A DNA stretch of 64,000 bases from Candidatus Ornithoclostridium excrementipullorum (GTDB taxonomy: Bacteria; Bacillota; Clostridia; Christensenellales; UBA3700): contig DVKK01000002.1 of NCBI GenBank assembly GCA_018716085.1, forward strand, positions 15,380 through 79,379, read 5' to 3'. Both the position numbers and the translations under genes were made by a program. The stretch's first letter is position 1. The number at the start of each line of letters is the position of its first letter. The notes below the pieces were generated by a model. It did not search any database. It had not been told where the DNA came from and saw nothing but the letters and a program-made list of their open reading frames with translations. Below are positions 43,938 through 51,776 of this stretch, in pieces.

Positions 43938-45773
43938 CTATTCCTTATCGGGGGCGTGATAGAACGCGTAGACGGCTTCCGCCGCGGGTCTGGTCATTCC
44001 CGGAACACAGGCGAGCTGTTCGACGTCGGCGTTTCGGATATTGTCGATCGTGCCGAAGTGTTTGAACAGGACGCCGACGCGTTTTTTCCCTACCCCGGGC
44101 ACGGACAAAAGTTCGCTCACGGTCTGCGACTTCTTCCGCAGCTGACGGTGGAAGGTGATCGCAAAACGGTGCGCCTCGTCCCTTATACGCTGCAACAGTT
44201 TGAGCGCATAGCTGTTGCGGGGCAGGATCACCGGCTCGCTTTTACCGGGCAGGAAGACCTCCTCCTCCCGCTTGGCGAGACTGATGAACGGGATATCCGT
44301 CACGCCGAGATCCGCCACGATCTCCATGACGGACGACAGCTGTCCCTTGCCTCCGTCTATGACGATAAGATCGGGCCGCGCGCCCAGACTTTCGTCCTTC
44401 GACCCGTTTTTCAACTCGGTCAATCTACGGGTAAGCGTCTCTTGAAGACAGGCGAAGTCGTCGTTGCCCGCAACGGTCTTTATCCTGAATTTACGGTAGG
44501 CGGCCTTGTCGGGTTCGCCTCCCGTGAACACTACCATCGACGCGACCTTGTTGGTGCCGCTTATGTGCGATATGTCGTAACATTCCATACGCTGAGGCAG
44601 TCTTTCCAGTTTGAGAAATTCCGCCAGCTGTATGACCGCTCCGACGGTCATGTTGTCCTGCCTCTCTTTCAGCGAAAGCGACTTCTCGAGATAATCGCGC
44701 GCGTTGGACGCCGCCATGTCGGCAAGCTGTCTGCGCACTCCCTGCCTGGGCTCGATGACGTTCAGCTTTTTGCCGAACTTCTCGGAAAGATACTCCTGCA
44801 GGACGTCCTGATCCTCTATCGGCGACGAGACTACCACCTCGTCGGGAGCAATCGCGTCCGAATCGTAAAATCTCATTATGAAATTGGACAGGGTTATCCC
44901 CTCGTTCAATCCGTAATCGTTGACGACGAATTTGTCGCCTCCGACCATCTTTCCCGCTCGGACGAACAACACCGCCACGACGGTATTGAGCCCGTTGCTC
45001 TCGATCGCGAACACGTCGAGATCGAAGTCCTTGGGCAGCGCGCCGACCTGACGGCGCACGAGTTTATCCAATACGGCGAGCTTTTGCTTGTAGGTCAGCG
45101 CGAGCTCGTATTCCTCCGCCTCGGCGGCGGCGGTCATTTTCTCGGTAAGTATACCCGCGACTTTTTTGTCGTTGCCGGACAGGAACGAGATCACCTCTTT
45201 TATGATCTCGCCGTACTCCTCGTCCGATATCTTTCCTGCGCAAGGCGCGTGACAGCGACCTATGTGATAATTCAGGCACGGCCTGTGATTGGCGCTCACA
45301 TTATCGAGATCGAGTTTGCACTCCCGCAGACAGAACGCGCTGTTGATAAGATCGGTTATCTCCTTGGCGTTGATCCCTATCATATACGGTCCGAAATATT
45401 TGGAGCCGTCGTTCTTCAATCTGCGCACGACTTCGACGCGGGGAAACTTCGTCTTCAAATTTATCTTGACGAAAGGATAATTCTTGTCGTCTTTTAAGAG
45501 TATGTTGTACGGCGGCTTGTGCTTTTTTATGAGATTGTTCTCGAGTACGAGAGCTTCGACTTCGTTGCGGGTGATGATATACTTGATATCGTCCACCTTC
45601 TGCACAAGCCTCAGCACCTTTTCCGTACGGTTGGCTTTGTTGCCGAAATACTGATGCACGCGCTTGAACAGATCGCGCGCCTTGCCGACGTACAGTATCT
45701 GTCCGCTCGCTCCGTACATGATATAAACGCCGCTGCTGTGCGGCAGATCTTTGAGTATCGCGGCAATGTCCAT
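43938..45773 (-). CDS. uvrC: Excinuclease ABC subunit C
   Basis: Track ORF trimmed to MDIAAILKDLPHSSGVYIMY...ILYVGKA (GIY-YIG). A UVR domain, an endonuclease domain and a C-terminal (HhH)2 are present. Confidence 0.95.
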   Translation of the reverse strand: MDIAAILKDLPHSSGVYIMYGASGQILYVGKARDLFKRVHQYFGNKANRTEKVLRLVQKVDDIKYIITRNEVEALVLENNLIKKHKPPYNILLKDDKNYPFVKINLKTKFPRVEVVRRLKNDGSKYFGPYMIGINAKEITDLINSAFCLRECKLDLDNVSANHRPCLNYHIGRCHAPCAGKISDEEYGEIIKEVISFLSGNDKKVAGILTEKMTAAAEAEEYELALTYKQKLAVLDKLVRRQVGALPKDFDLDVFAIESNGLNTVVAVLFVRAGKMVGGDKFVVNDYGLNEGITLSNFIMRFYDSDAIAPDEVVVSSPIEDQDVLQEYLSEKFGKKLNVIEPRQGVRRQLADMAASNARDYLEKSLSLKERQDNMTVGAVIQLAEFLKLERLPQRMECYDISHISGTNKVASMVVFTGGEPDKAAYRKFRIKTVAGNDDFACLQETLTRRLTELKNGSKDESLGARPDLIVIDGGKGQLSSVMEIVADLGVTDIPFISLAKREEEVFLPGKSEPVILPRNSYALKLLQRIRDEAHRFAITFHRQLRKKSQTVSELLSVPGVGKKRVGVLFKHFGTIDNIRNADVEQLACVPGMTRPAAEAVYAFYHAPDKE

Positions 45774-45831
45774 ACACGAAGATGATAGCACAACGCCGCG
45801 GCTTTTGCAACCGCGGCGCACGCCGCGCGCG

Positions 45832-46188
45832 TTACTTTCTGCGCCTGGTCACCTGCCGCGCGCCCGTCATCATGACGTCCGCGACGTAAGGATTGGAGAT
45901 CGCGTACAACGTCAGCCTTCCCGCCTTGCGGCAAGTCACTATGCCCGCGTCTTTGAGCAGGCGCAGCTGATGCGAAACTGTGCTCTGTTCGGTAGACAGC
46001 AGAAAGCAAAGATCCGCAACGCAAAGTTCTTTCATGGACAGCGCGGACAATATTTTCAGTCGTGTGCCGTCCGAAAACACTCCGAAGAACCTGGCTATGT
46101 CTTCGAGAGCGTAGTGCGGCGGCAGAGAATCGATTATGCTGCGTTCCTGCCTCTCGTCCACCGTGAGGCATCCTCTGTAAAACGCCAT
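45832..46188 (-). CDS. ArsR/SmtB family metalloregulatory transcriptional repressor
   Basis: 118 aa. FGVFSDGTRLKILSALSMKELCVADLCFLLSTEQSTVSHQLRLLKDAGIV is the winged-helix ArsR signature, with Cys residues in the alpha3 region. Confidence 0.85.
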   Translation of the reverse strand: MAFYRGCLTVDERQERSIIDSLPPHYALEDIARFFGVFSDGTRLKILSALSMKELCVADLCFLLSTEQSTVSHQLRLLKDAGIVTCRKAGRLTLYAISNPYVADVMMTGARQVTRRRK

Positions 46189-46290
46189 ATTTCCTCCTGC
46201 ATACGCAACGGTATATGAGCATATTATATAGCGACCGGCGGCGCGTAAAACCGCTTATATTGTCAAAATAACACTGATAGGGAGGAAAAT

Positions 46291-46467
46291 ATGAACTCCA
46301 ACTTCGTACTTCTGCTTTTGCTGGCGATGTCGAACAACGGCAACAACGAGCCTAATTCGTGCGATCCGCTCTCTCTGATATTGTGCTGCCTTTCGTTCGC
46401 CAACTGCCTCGGATGCCGCGCAGCCGAAATAGGTCGCAACATCTGCCCCGGAGCCTCCGACAACTGA
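46291..46467 (+). CDS. Unannotated cysteine-rich small protein (58 aa, 6 Cys) with a hydrophobic N-terminus
   Basis: Below the 60-aa track cutoff. ATG at 46291 is preceded by TAGGGAGGAAAAT (GGAGG, 5-nt spacer). Translation: MNSNFVLLLLLAMSNNGNNEPNSCDPLSLILCCLSFANCLGCRAAEIGRNICPGASDN. It is followed 19 nt later by a 30-nt perfect palindrome hairpin. Confidence 0.5.
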   Translation: MNSNFVLLLLLAMSNNGNNEPNSCDPLSLILCCLSFANCLGCRAAEIGRNICPGASDN

Positions 46468-46485
46468 TCGTCGGATCTCCGAGTC

Positions 46486-46528
46486 GCAACGCCGCCGTGA
46501 TCACGGCGGCGTTGCATTGTATTGTTAT
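46486..46528 (+). terminator. 30-nt perfect palindrome hairpin after the 58-aa Cys-rich ORF (probable terminator)
   Basis: GCAACGCCGCCGTGA|TCACGGCGGCGTTGC (46486-46515) is followed by the moderately T-rich ATTGTATTGTTAT. Confidence 0.45.
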
Positions 46529-46828
46529 CGACGGACTCTGTCGTATTGCCTCACCGTCGGCGAGCGGTCTTGCGGACGTACCTCGGCACTCTGACGATAA
46601 ACGCGACGGCGACGGGCTGCACAGCAAGTGTAAAAACGGATAATTCCGCGATCGGCATTGAAAATCACCGGGCACTCCGCGACAAACTGCGTAACAAGTA
46701 TTAAAACGGCTCTCTCCTTACATTCGAACCGCTCTTTGCGAAATATGCGCGACGCCTCTGCCTCTCAACAAATACCGCCGCTTACGCGCCGCATCTCCGT
46801 TTGTATCGCTCACGCATGACAAACATTG

Positions 46829-46857
46829 AAAAAGACCGCCGAAGCGGTCTCCTTTTT
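46829..46857 (-). terminator. Rho-independent terminator after the 45-aa Cys-rich ORF (bidirectional in form)
   Basis: The reverse strand reads AGACCGC-TTCG-GCGGTCT followed by TTTTTC. On the plus strand the same hairpin is followed by CCTTTTT. Confidence 0.6.
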
Positions 46858-46865
46858 CGTTTGCG

Positions 46866-47003
46866 TCAGGCGTACCAGCCGCAGGGGTTTATATAGTAGG
46901 GTCTGCAAAATCTGCATCTGCAACTTCTCGTCGAATTGTTGCAACACAACGGGCTGTCGCAGGGCAGTATGCAGGCTCTTGCGAATCCGAAACCGAAAAA
47001 CAT
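46866..47003 (-). CDS. Unannotated cysteine-rich micro-protein (45 aa, 8 Cys)
   Basis: Below the track cutoff. The reverse strand reads AAAGGAGGTCGATAAG-ATG (perfect RBS, 8-nt spacer), then MFFGFGFARACILPCDSPLCCNNSTRSCRCRFCRPYYINPCGWYA, then TGA. A hairpin plus T-run terminator follows 9 nt later. Confidence 0.55.
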   Translation of the reverse strand: MFFGFGFARACILPCDSPLCCNNSTRSCRCRFCRPYYINPCGWYA

Positions 47004-47151
47004 CTTATCGACCTCCTTTGCGTACGCTGATACAGTTTATGACACGGAAATCGTTTTTGCCACAGCGCAGGATGCGGCTGCCTACGTTCGCACGCCTTGC
47101 TATCTTGCGTACCCCCGATGCCGCTGCCGCCCGGCAAACGCGTCGGAAGTT

Positions 47152-47185
47152 AAAACCGATAGCGGCGCAAGATGATCGCGCCGCT
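47152..47185 (-). terminator. Probable terminator after spoIVA
   Basis: An AGCGGCGC/GCGCCGCT hairpin is followed on the reverse strand by ATCGGTTTTAAC, about 75 nt after the spoIVA stop. Confidence 0.5.
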
Positions 47186-47258
47186 ATTAATATCAATTAT
47201 TTTTAATTATTATCAATTTGTATTATATATCAAAGCTGCACATTTGCGCTTCTTGGGC

Positions 47259-48737
47259 TTACAACAGGATACACAAGACGCCCCCTCTTCCCTCGTTTAC
47301 GATACGAGTCACGGTCCTGCGAAGTTTCGCCCTCGCTTCTTCCGGCATGGACGTCAGTTTCCCCGTCAATCCGTCCTTGGCGAGCACATTGAGGGATTTG
47401 CCCAACATATTGGTCTGCCATATCCCGTCCGTATCGTCGCCGAACGTATCCAGCCAATCCCTGACCATATTTTCGTCCTGCGCTTCCGTGCCGAGGATGG
47501 GATTGACCTCCGTTTCCACGTCTACTTTCATGATGTGATACGAAGGAGCGCTGGCTCGCATCCTTATGCCGAAGCGCGAACCTTTTTTGACGATCTCGGG
47601 TCGCTCGAAGTCCATATCGTCCAGGGTCGGCGCCGTCACGCCGTATCCGAAAGCGTCTGCCTCTTCCATGGCGGACGCTATTTTGTCATAGCGCCGTTTT
47701 GCTTCGCTCATCTCTTTTATCGCGCCCACGAGCTCGAACTCGTCCTTGATATCGACGCCGCACTGTCTGGAAAGCACTTCGTAGAAAAGCCCCTGTCTGG
47801 GCTGAACGTCAAGAGTTATCTTACCCTTGCCGAAGTCCACGTCTATGCCGGCAAGTTTCTCTATGTAGTCGTCTTCGTCGAATATCGGAGTGCATTTCCC
47901 GTAATCGGACATCACGTGCGCCCTGCGGGCAAACTCCGTCACTTTGGCGATCACGTCCGCGATGACTTCGTCGTCCTCGGGCAAAGCGCGCAGCCACGAA
48001 GGAAGTTTCGCCGCTATTTTTTCCACGGGGAATTGTCCGAGTACGGATTTGAGTATCGCAACGAGCGCGTCCTGATCCATATTCGCCACGTTCTGAACCA
48101 CCACCGGAGCGCCGTATTCTTCACGCATCGCGGCGGCGAGCTTTTTCGTTTCTCCGTCCTTTTCGTGCCTCGTATTGAGTACGATCACATACGGCTTTCC
48201 GAGCTGCGCAAGCTCTTTTGCCACGCTTCTCTCGGCGTCTTCGTATTCCGCGCGTTTCGCCCCCGTAACGCTTCCGTCGCTCGTCACAAGCACGCCGATC
48301 GTGGAATGATCGCGGATCACTTTCTGCGTTCCGAGCTTCGCCGCCTCGTCGAAAGGCATCTTTTCCTCGCTCCAGGGGGTGTCCACAAGGCGCTGTTCGC
48401 CGTTCTCGTTTTCGTCGACGGCGGACGGGATCATATATCCCACGCAGTCTATCAGACGCACGTTGACGTCGAGGCCTTCGCCCATGGTTATCCTTTCGCC
48501 TCCGTCCGGTACGAATTTGGGCTGAGTTGTCATGACCGTCTTACCGTCGGCAGACTGCGGAAGTTCGTCGATCACGCGCCTGCGACGGTGTTCGTCCTTG
48601 ATATTGTCGAGCACCGCAAGCTCGACGAATTTTTTTATAAAGGTCGACTTGCCCGTTCTCACGGGACCGACCACCCCTATATAGATATCTCCCTGAGTTC
48701 TCTCTGCGATATCGCGGTACAAATCGAATTGCTGCAT
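47259..48737 (-). CDS. spoIVA: Stage IV sporulation protein A (spore coat morphogenetic ATPase)
   Basis: 492 aa. MQQFDLYRDIAERTQGDIYIGVVGPVRTGKSTFIKKF is the SpoIVA N-terminus and Walker A. The conserved extreme C-terminus ...GGVLCILL is also present. Confidence 0.9.
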   Translation of the reverse strand: MQQFDLYRDIAERTQGDIYIGVVGPVRTGKSTFIKKFVELAVLDNIKDEHRRRRVIDELPQSADGKTVMTTQPKFVPDGGERITMGEGLDVNVRLIDCVGYMIPSAVDENENGEQRLVDTPWSEEKMPFDEAAKLGTQKVIRDHSTIGVLVTSDGSVTGAKRAEYEDAERSVAKELAQLGKPYVIVLNTRHEKDGETKKLAAAMREEYGAPVVVQNVANMDQDALVAILKSVLGQFPVEKIAAKLPSWLRALPEDDEVIADVIAKVTEFARRAHVMSDYGKCTPIFDEDDYIEKLAGIDVDFGKGKITLDVQPRQGLFYEVLSRQCGVDIKDEFELVGAIKEMSEAKRRYDKIASAMEEADAFGYGVTAPTLDDMDFERPEIVKKGSRFGIRMRASAPSYHIMKVDVETEVNPILGTEAQDENMVRDWLDTFGDDTDGIWQTNMLGKSLNVLAKDGLTGKLTSMPEEARAKLRRTVTRIVNEGRGGVLCILL

Positions 48738-48975
48738 AAAATTCCTCCACGGCTTTGTTCGATATATGATATTCGCCGCCGCCGCGTTTATGCCTTATCC
48801 TCTTTTCCTTTACCAAAGACCTTTGCCGCAACCGGACTTTCGACGCGGCATCGCTTTCCGCATATATAGCTTGAAATAAGTTTGCACCGCCGATCAACCC
48901 ATTCTAAAAACCGTAAACCCGTAAATAACGTTGATTTTTGCTACCGTTTGTGATATTTTCTATATGAGGTGTCTT

Positions 48976-49608
48976 ATGAGTAAGTTTTTTGACTTTTGCG
49001 ATAAACACAAAAAAATTCTCTTTTTTGTGTTTGTTGTGATTTGGGTAATCGTATTGCTACTGCCTGATTTTGCAAACGACAATGACTCTCCATTTTTATT
49101 CAGCGTATTTGAACGCGCACATAGTACTGTGACACATCAAAACGCTTTCGAAAATTCCGATCCGGAAATACTCGGGGCAATAGACGATGCAAATCAATTT
49201 GATTTGCCTTTTGCTGTTTCTTCATGCGTGTGCGTCGTTCTTCTTCTCGTAAGCTTAATAGCAAGCACGATAATGTTCATATTGCACCGCACTCCTTTCT
49301 TTATCGTTCCGCTTCTTTTTTCCCTGCTTAGTATGTTGTTGAGTGCTCCACAAGCGGTTGTGTCTGCCGATATAATGTCTTTTGACATATCGTTCAAACT
49401 TAATTCAGCCTTTTATATACTGCTTATCATCTTCTTCCTCTACATCGTCTATCTCCTCCTACGCCGTTACTACGCCCCCGTCAAGGCTCGCATACAGGCT
49501 TCCCGCGCCGAGCGTCAAGCCAACCGCAAGCCGACCAAGGACGAGCGGATAGCGGAGTTAGAGCGCAAGGTCGCCGAGCTGGAGAGCAAGGGCAAGGACG
49601 AGCAATAG
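48976..49608 (+). CDS. Hypothetical multi-pass membrane protein with a charged coiled-coil tail
   Basis: Track ORF trimmed to MSKFFDFCDKHKK (GAGGTG RBS). It has 4-5 hydrophobic segments and the tail ...RAERQANRKPTKDERIAELERKVAELESKGKDEQ. The region is visibly AT-rich. Confidence 0.55.
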   Translation: MSKFFDFCDKHKKILFFVFVVIWVIVLLLPDFANDNDSPFLFSVFERAHSTVTHQNAFENSDPEILGAIDDANQFDLPFAVSSCVCVVLLLVSLIASTIMFILHRTPFFIVPLLFSLLSMLLSAPQAVVSADIMSFDISFKLNSAFYILLIIFFLYIVYLLLRRYYAPVKARIQASRAERQANRKPTKDERIAELERKVAELESKGKDEQ

Positions 49609-49660
49609 GTATTGCAAACGGATCGCGTTTTGCTATTCCTCCCCGAAAGCGTATGAAAAA

Positions 49661-49686
49661 AGCACCCCGCATGAGGTGCTTTTTTG
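49661..49686 (+). terminator. Probable terminator after the membrane-protein gene 48976..49608
   Basis: A 6-bp AGCACC/GGTGCT hairpin is followed by TTTTT. The stem is weak. Confidence 0.4.
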
Positions 49687-50043
49687 ATGATCACAATAAT
49701 ATTTGATAGGTTTCGGCTGAACTAGGCATATCCGATGACAGAACTTCGGTTCGCACTATTATCGGCACGCCGAACAAAATATGACCGCGGAATATCGGAG
49801 CGGCTACTCTCGGACTTCTCAACGGTCGTATACCGCGCTTTTTGCTCTTGCGATCGCCGCCGTATCGCAGAGAGCAGACATATCCATCAAATTCCGACTA
49901 CCGTACGACGACGCGGAAATACCGCCGGGTCTTGCAAGCGATCGGCAGACCTCTGCTCGCAGCTGCTTGACGGCAGACGAATGCGGCATCGTAGATGCTC
50001 TGCCTTGCAAACGGCTGTTTCCCTGTGGTCGCGCGGACAATAT

Positions 50044-50295
50044 TTATCCTTTCAGCCCGTTCTCCTGCCTCTGCATATTCTCCACGACCACGTCGTAGAT
50101 ATCGCCCACGGAAGAGCAATATTCCAACACCTTCCACGGCGTATCGGTATGGTAGTGGATCTTTATCAGTTCGTCGTCGCCGACGACGAGCAGGCAGTCG
50201 CCCTTGATATTGCGCTCGATATGCTCCTTGATCTCGTCGGCTTCGAGCCCCTCACCGTCGATGAGGAGCTGCGTATCAAAAGTGTATTCGGTCAT
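50044..50295 (-). CDS. Stand-alone FakA/YloV middle-domain-like small protein (83 aa)
   Basis: GGAGAG RBS 6 nt upstream. ...GDCLLVVGDDELIKIHYHTDTPWKVLEYCSSVGDIYDVVVENMQRQ matches the conserved GDSL.VVGD..L.KVHVHTN.PG.VL......G.L..IKIENMREQ block found between the Dak2 and DegV-like domains of YloV/FakA. Confidence 0.55.
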   Translation of the reverse strand: MTEYTFDTQLLIDGEGLEADEIKEHIERNIKGDCLLVVGDDELIKIHYHTDTPWKVLEYCSSVGDIYDVVVENMQRQENGLKG

Positions 50296-50321
50296 ATGTT
50301 TCTCTCCGCAGAATGGTTTTA

Positions 50322-51776
50322 TCAGAGTTCGGAACCGTTGGCTTTTCCGGCTTCAAGACTGTGTTCGTATCTCTTGACGCTGCAACCGATATCCTTATTG
50401 GATGCGGCGTTGCTGTATTTGTCGATATCCACGACGCTGCGCTGTTCGTGGTGCAGACTCAACGCGCCGTTCAGACAGCCGCCTTCGCAAGCCATGCCTT
50501 CGAAAAAGTTTTCGGCGGCTCTGCCGAGTCTGAGTTTGAGCAGATTTATCTTACACTCTTCCAATCCGCTCATGGATACCGGTTTCACGTTGTCGACGCC
50601 CATGGATTTGGCGACGTTGACGACGCCCTGCGTGATACCGCCCGACTTTGCGAATATCCTGCCGTAATAAGACGCGTCGTCCACGGGGCAGTCTTTCATT
50701 GCGGCGAGGTCCAATTCGCGCGCGTCGAAAAACGCCTGCAATTCCTCAAACGAAAGCACGCTGTCGATGCCGCCCTTTGTCTTGGGCAGGCGATACTCCA
50801 GCTTTTTGCTCGTGCACGGACCTATGAACACGCACTTCGCAAGCGGATCCTCGCGCTTGATGATGAAAGCGGTCTCGACCATCGGCGACACCGACGACGA
50901 AACGTATTTGACCAGGTCCGGAAAGTTTTTCTCTATGAACATCACGAACGACGGGCAGCACGACGTAGTGAGCACGCCTCTTTCCTTAAGCTCTTTCGCC
51001 TCGTGATACAGGGTGACGTCCGCGCCCATTGCCGCTTCCGCGATGTCGTAGAATCCGAGCTTTTTTATCGCTGTGGCGATCTTGGGCAGAGGTATCCCGC
51101 GGAACTGGCTCGCGATAGACGGAGCGATCACGGCGTATACGTGGTATTTGGTATTGTTCTCGGACTTTTTGAGTATGTCCAACACGTCCATGACGAACGA
51201 TTTGTCTACTATCGCGCCGAACGGGCACTGATATACGCACGCTCCGCACGCCACGCATTTGTCGTTGTCGATGACAGCCTTCTTGTTTTCGTCCATCTTG
51301 ATCGCGCCGACTTTGCAGCTGCGCACGCACGGTCTGCGCTGTTCGATTATCGCGCTGTACGGACACGCCTTGGCGCATCTGCCGCATTCCACGCACTTTT
51401 CCTTGTCGATCACGGGCTTGTTGTCCACGATCGTGATGGCGTTTTTGGGACACGCCTCCTTGCACTTGTGCACGATACAGCCGCGGCAGGCAGGCGTTAT
51501 GTACATGCCTTCGATAGGACACGCGTCGCACGCCGCGTCGATCACTTCGACGCTGTTGGGATTGGTCTTGTCGCCGCCGAGAGCCATCTTGATGCGCTCC
51601 TGCACGATCGCGCGCTCCTTGTAGATACAGCAGCGCATAGTGGGCTTGGGCCCCGGAGATATCTGCTTGGGGATATCGAGGTAAATATTGCTCATATCCC
51701 CCTTGTCCGCCGCCTTGATGACCTCGCGGAGCACCTCGTATTTGAGTTCCTGTACCTTTGTATCGAACAATTTCAT
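50322..51776 (-). CDS. [FeFe]-hydrogenase-like protein with an N-terminal multi-[4Fe-4S] region
   Basis: 484 aa. Several CxxCxxCxxxCP ferredoxin motifs. H-cluster motifs are L1 TTSCCPSF, L2 IGPCTSKKLE (GPC rather than the usual MPC) and L3 EGMACEGGCLNG. Confidence 0.85.
   Translation of the reverse strand: MKLFDTKVQELKYEVLREVIKAADKGDMSNIYLDIPKQISPGPKPTMRCCIYKERAIVQERIKMALGGDKTNPNSVEVIDAACDACPIEGMYITPACRGCIVHKCKEACPKNAITIVDNKPVIDKEKCVECGRCAKACPYSAIIEQRRPCVRSCKVGAIKMDENKKAVIDNDKCVACGACVYQCPFGAIVDKSFVMDVLDILKKSENNTKYHVYAVIAPSIASQFRGIPLPKIATAIKKLGFYDIAEAAMGADVTLYHEAKELKERGVLTTSCCPSFVMFIEKNFPDLVKYVSSSVSPMVETAFIIKREDPLAKCVFIGPCTSKKLEYRLPKTKGGIDSVLSFEELQAFFDARELDLAAMKDCPVDDASYYGRIFAKSGGITQGVVNVAKSMGVDNVKPVSMSGLEECKINLLKLRLGRAAENFFEGMACEGGCLNGALSLHHEQRSVVDIDKYSNAASNKDIGCSVKRYEHSLEAGKANGSEL

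Noticed and set aside
46522-46704. Track ORFs in the spacer between the two Cys-rich genes (46522..46704+, 46352..46675-, 46359..46643+).
   Set aside because: They have no RBS and implausible composition, and they mutually overlap in different frames. They are treated as non-coding.
46866-47003. The 45-aa Cys-rich peptide as a SCIFF-type ranthipeptide (six cysteines in forty-five residues) precursor.
   Set aside because: The conserved C-terminal SCIFF pattern (GGCGECQTSCQSACKTSC-like) is absent. There are 8 Cys rather than 6, and no radical-SAM maturase or any RiPP tailoring or export gene lies nearby. It is kept as an unknown Cys-rich protein instead.
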